From contig JBEBRK010000011.1 of NCBI GenBank assembly GCA_040394885.1, positions 9,549 to 73,548 of the forward strand: a stretch of 64,000 bases of DNA, written 5' to 3'. Of the stretch, positions 61,043 through 64,000 are shown in pieces. A program made the translations under genes and the position numbers. This DNA is from Gemmatimonas phototrophica (GTDB lineage: Bacteria; Gemmatimonadota; Gemmatimonadetes; Gemmatimonadales; Gemmatimonadaceae). The first letter of the stretch is position 1. Each line of letters opens with the position of its first letter. The notes beneath the pieces were generated by a model that saw only the letters and a list, made by a program, of their open reading frames with translations, was not told where the DNA came from and searched no databases.

Positions 61043-61782
61043 TATATATTATCTCTATCGATTGTTTTTTTATTTTCGTAATCACTAATTTCACTGCGGC
61101 ATTCGAGCAGGTAATCCAGCTCGTCAACGCCGTTCAATATTTTATAGTGATCAAACTCATCCATAACGAAGTTTCTTACAAACCCTTCGCCACACTGCAC
61201 CGTCATGGATTCGACATTTATCTGAATCGGTAATCCAAGTGACGAAAGCACATTGATATCTTCGGGTGAGAGCTCCACCAATACCAGTCCATTCTTCTGT
61301 GCGTTTGAACGAAAGATATCTGCAAAGCGCGAACTGATAACCGCACGAATACCAAAATCGAGCAGAGCCCAGGACGCATGTTCTCTGGATGAGCCACAAC
61401 CGAAGTTATCACCTGTAATAAGGATGGATTTCTGCGGGGCTTTACTATTCCCAGCAGAAGCGCCAACGGGTGACGTTTTATCGCTAGCAATGCTATTAAA
61501 TGGAGAGTTAGGATTTAGTTCGCCATTCTCTTCATATCGCCAATCATAGAAGAGCGCCTTGCCCAATCCGTCCCTGCTCACGGTAGTTAAAAAGCGTGCC
61601 GGTATGATCTGGTCTGTATCAACATTATCCAAAGGCAGGACAATTCCTTCCGAAACAATTGAGCGGACCCCACGCCCTTCCGAGCGAACCTCACTTCCTT
61701 CCGAAGTAATTGAACGAACCTCGCGTCCTTCTGAAGCTATGGACCTAGCCTCGCTCTTCTGTTCATTTTTTAATGTAGTCAT
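61042..61782 (-). CDS. leuD: 3-isopropylmalate dehydratase small subunit with repeat-containing N-terminal extension
   Basis: Contains LPLDNVDTDQIIPARFL and GDNFGCGSSREHA. A TAATG overlap joins it to the leuC stop, and it shares 1 nt with the leuB start. Confidence 0.9.
   Translation of the reverse strand: MTTLKNEQKSEARSIASEGREVRSITSEGSEVRSEGRGVRSIVSEGIVLPLDNVDTDQIIPARFLTTVSRDGLGKALFYDWRYEENGELNPNSPFNSIASDKTSPVGASAGNSKAPQKSILITGDNFGCGSSREHASWALLDFGIRAVISSRFADIFRSNAQKNGLVLVELSPEDINVLSSLGLPIQINVESMTVQCGEGFVRNFVMDEFDHYKILNGVDELDYLLECRSEISDYENKKTIDRDNI
61645..61755 (-). repeat. In-frame tandem repeat of about 30 nt (3.5 units) in the leuD 5' region
   Basis: It encodes ARSIASEGRE / VRSITSEGSE / VRSEGRG / VRSIVSEG. 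Nucleotide units of the form TCCTTCCGAAGTAATTGAACGAACCTCGCG recur. Confidence 0.8.
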
Positions 61783-63353
61783 TATCTTGATGCCCCCATC
61801 AGTTCAGGGATATATCTGGCATCTGCAATACTCCCTGCAATAGCGCTAGCAGCTACTGTTATAGGACTTGCCAGTACAGTTCGACTCCCCGCTCCTTGAC
61901 GCCCTTCAAAGTTGCGATTGCTTGTTGATATCACTAGCTGCCCTCTATTTGCAGTATCGCCATTCATAGCTAAACACATTGAACACCCAGGCTCTCTCCA
62001 TTCGGCGCCCGCCTCGATGAATATCTTATCCAGCCCTAACGCTTCAGCTTCAGACTTAACTCTCTTAGAACCTGGAACCACTATAAACTTCACACCAGCA
62101 GCAACTTTCTGTCCTTGAATAACTTCTGCAGCTGCCTGGAGATCAGACAGTCGGGAGTTAGTGCAACTACCTAAAAATGCAATATCTATCTTGGCTCCAA
62201 GAATCTTATCACCGGATTGAAACTTCATATACTCCAGTGCCTGTGAGATCCCAGCATCATATGGAATTGCCTCTTCTATCTGCATTCCCATCCCAGGGTT
62301 GGTACCATATGTAACCATAGGAGTGAGATTGGATACATCAACATCTATCTCGATATCGAACACTGCATCGCTATCGCTTACAAGCCTTCTCCAGATCTCA
62401 ACACTTCTGTCGAACTCTTGCCCAGTTGGTGCAAACTCCCGGCCAGCTATATACTGAAAAGTTGTATCATCCGGAGCGATAATACCGGCACGTGCTCCTG
62501 CTTCAATTGACATATTGCAAAGAGTCATACGTTCATCCATTGACATAGCTCTTACCGTTGAACCAGCATATTCAATAACGTGACCCGTTGCTCCACCTAC
62601 ACCCAGCTTTGATATTACATATAAAATCACATCCTTGGCAGAAACAAATTTAGGAATTATCCCATCAATGTTAATGCGCATCGACTTCGATTTTTTCTGT
62701 AACAGACATTGGGTTGCAAGGACATGGGCAACCTCGGAAGTTCCTATTCCAAAGGCTAATGAACCGAAAGCACCATGAGTGCTGGAATGGCTGTCCCCAC
62801 ATACAATGGTCATTCCTGGCTGAGTCAACCCAAGCTCCGGACCAATAACGTGTACAATACCCTGCTTCGTTGACGTAATATCGAACAGTTGAATACCGTT
62901 TTCCTTGCAATTACGTGCCAACTGATCCAACTGCATAGCAGCAGAACTATCGATAACCGGTAGAGTTCCGTCTGCTAACCGACCAGTTGTTGGTATCGAA
63001 TGATCCATTGTAGCAAAGGTTCTGTCAGGGCGCGCAACCTTTAGCCCACGCCCCTTTATCTGAGCGAATGCCTGAGGGGAAGTTACCTCATGAATCAGGT
63101 GCAAGTCTATGTATAGCACCGACGGCATCATACCGGATCCAAGACGAACCAGATGCGACTGCCAGAGTTTGTCGTATAGAGTTAAAGGGCTATGATCTCC
63201 AGGCTTTTCAGTTGATTCTGCTGAATCTTTATTAGAGCTGGACACCACATTATTTGAGTTAGATATCATGTTACTTGAGCTTGATATCATATCGTTTGAG
63301 CCAGTAGTCATATTAGTTGAGCTCGATATCATATTCCTTGAGTCAGATATCAT
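61782..63353 (-). CDS. leuC: 3-isopropylmalate dehydratase large subunit with repeat-containing N-terminal extension
   Basis: Contains LTLYDKLWQSHLV, GDSHSSTHGAFG, GSCTNSRLSDL and CSMCLAMN (Fe-S ligands). An ATGA overlap joins it to the leuA stop. Confidence 0.9.
   Translation of the reverse strand: MISDSRNMISSSTNMTTGSNDMISSSSNMISNSNNVVSSSNKDSAESTEKPGDHSPLTLYDKLWQSHLVRLGSGMMPSVLYIDLHLIHEVTSPQAFAQIKGRGLKVARPDRTFATMDHSIPTTGRLADGTLPVIDSSAAMQLDQLARNCKENGIQLFDITSTKQGIVHVIGPELGLTQPGMTIVCGDSHSSTHGAFGSLAFGIGTSEVAHVLATQCLLQKKSKSMRINIDGIIPKFVSAKDVILYVISKLGVGGATGHVIEYAGSTVRAMSMDERMTLCNMSIEAGARAGIIAPDDTTFQYIAGREFAPTGQEFDRSVEIWRRLVSDSDAVFDIEIDVDVSNLTPMVTYGTNPGMGMQIEEAIPYDAGISQALEYMKFQSGDKILGAKIDIAFLGSCTNSRLSDLQAAAEVIQGQKVAAGVKFIVVPGSKRVKSEAEALGLDKIFIEAGAEWREPGCSMCLAMNGDTANRGQLVISTSNRNFEGRQGAGSRTVLASPITVAASAIAGSIADARYIPELMGASR
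63228..63353 (-). repeat. In-frame 21-nt tandem repeat, 6 units, at the leuC 5' end
   Basis: Plus-strand units follow the pattern ATTnnTTGAGnTnGATATCAT. They encode MISDSRN MISSSTN MTTGSND MISSSSN MISNSNN VVSSSNK. Confidence 0.85.
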
Positions 63354-64000
63354 ATTGTTGTTACCGCCTGTGTCATAATCAGCTGTTCGAGATCAGCATC
63401 ATTTATGATTCGTTGATTATCTGCCAGTAATTTGAATTGCTTGAACAACTGTTCCAATTCCTCTCCACCCAGGTTTCTACCGCTAATGCGCTTTATCCGC
63501 TCGGCAAGTGCATGTTTCCCGGAATGCTTGCCTAATACAAGCTCAGTTGTTGCTCCCACTAGATGAGGTTGCATAATCTCGTACGTTTCTCTGTTCTTTA
63601 GCATACCGTCCTGGTGAATACCAGCTTCATGAGCAAATGCATTTGCTCCTACAATGGCTTTGTTACAGGGAACTTCAACACCAGTTGCACGGGACACCGC
63701 TTGGGAGGCTCCAACAAGGTGCTGTGTTTTAATACGAGTAGAATATCCGAAATACTGTTTACGTGTCTCAAGCGCCATAACAACTTCTTCAAGAGAGGCA
63801 TTACCAGCACGTTCACCTAATCCATTGATTGTACACTCTACCTGCCTTGCTCCAGCCTTTACTGCTGCTAAGGTGTTTGCAACAGCCATCCCAAGATCAT
63901 CATGACAGTGTGCTGAAATTATAATTCCTTTCTGACCGAATTCAGCAGTTACTCTGGCAATAAGAGCAGCATATTCGGATGGAGTAACATAGCCCACAGT
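63350..64000 (-). CDS. leuA: 2-isopropylmalate synthase family (LeuA/CimA/homocitrate synthase), 3' part; continues beyond the window end
   Basis: Contains SAHCHDDLGMAVANTLAAVKAGA, ECTINGLGERAGNASLEEV and HEAGIHQDG. The protein ends about 187 aa after the HxH motif. Confidence 0.85.
   Translation of the reverse strand, partial: TVGYVTPSEYAALIARVTAEFGQKGIIISAHCHDDLGMAVANTLAAVKAGARQVECTINGLGERAGNASLEEVVMALETRKQYFGYSTRIKTQHLVGASQAVSRATGVEVPCNKAIVGANAFAHEAGIHQDGMLKNRETYEIMQPHLVGATTELVLGKHSGKHALAERIKRISGRNLGGEELEQLFKQFKLLADNQRIINDADLEQLIMTQAVTTI

Noticed and set aside
63228-63353. The regularly spaced 21-nt repeats were considered as a possible mini CRISPR array.
   Set aside because: The units are contiguous with no spacers. 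They are in frame with leuC and begin at a start codon coupled to the leuA stop. No cas genes are in the window.

Overview
Gene-dense 64-kb bacterial chromosomal window. I saw no transposase, integrase, prophage or CRISPR signatures. The gene content hints at an FCB-group-like peptide degrader: several secreted S9, S15 and M3 peptidases, a CarboxypepD_reg-type TonB receptor and a large PIG-L protein. That taxonomic guess is weak.

Most of the window is housekeeping:
- PBP4 3' end, tRNA-Ala(CGC), SURF1, mgtE, RNase Z and an MntR/DtxR-type repressor.
- An AddA/AddB-type helicase-nuclease pair.
- Prolyl oligopeptidase, LD-carboxypeptidase and an ECF sigma/anti-sigma pair.
- An Fe3+-type ABC importer, sucA, and the leuA-leuC-leuD-leuB operon.

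The standout accessory element is a compact, orphan-looking biosynthetic island at about 34.5-46.5 kb. It encodes a cyclic-peptide-type ABC exporter, an NRPS loading module, a KS-AT-T PKS module and a C-A-T-TE NRPS. A lipoprotein M3 dipeptidyl carboxypeptidase is start/stop-overlapped onto its 3' end. The assembly line has three odd features readable directly from the sequence:
- TubC_N-type docking domains on both NRPSs.
- A relic half condensation domain in the loader.
- A terminal TE-like domain with Cys in the nucleophile elbow and no His anywhere downstream.

Other notable observations:
- A 27-codon Phe/Tyr/Trp-rich leader peptide with antiterminator and terminator hairpins, upstream of a DAHP synthase and prephenate dehydratase-AroH chorismate mutase operon.
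- An RNase HI homolog with two of four catalytic carboxylates substituted.
- A conserved hairpin element present twice with a compensatory base-pair change.
- In-frame tandem repeats forming N-terminal extensions of LeuC and LeuD.
- A DtxR-box-like palindrome in front of a sensor kinase-sucA unit.

All calls come from reading motifs by eye. No database search, HMM or folding calculation was run.
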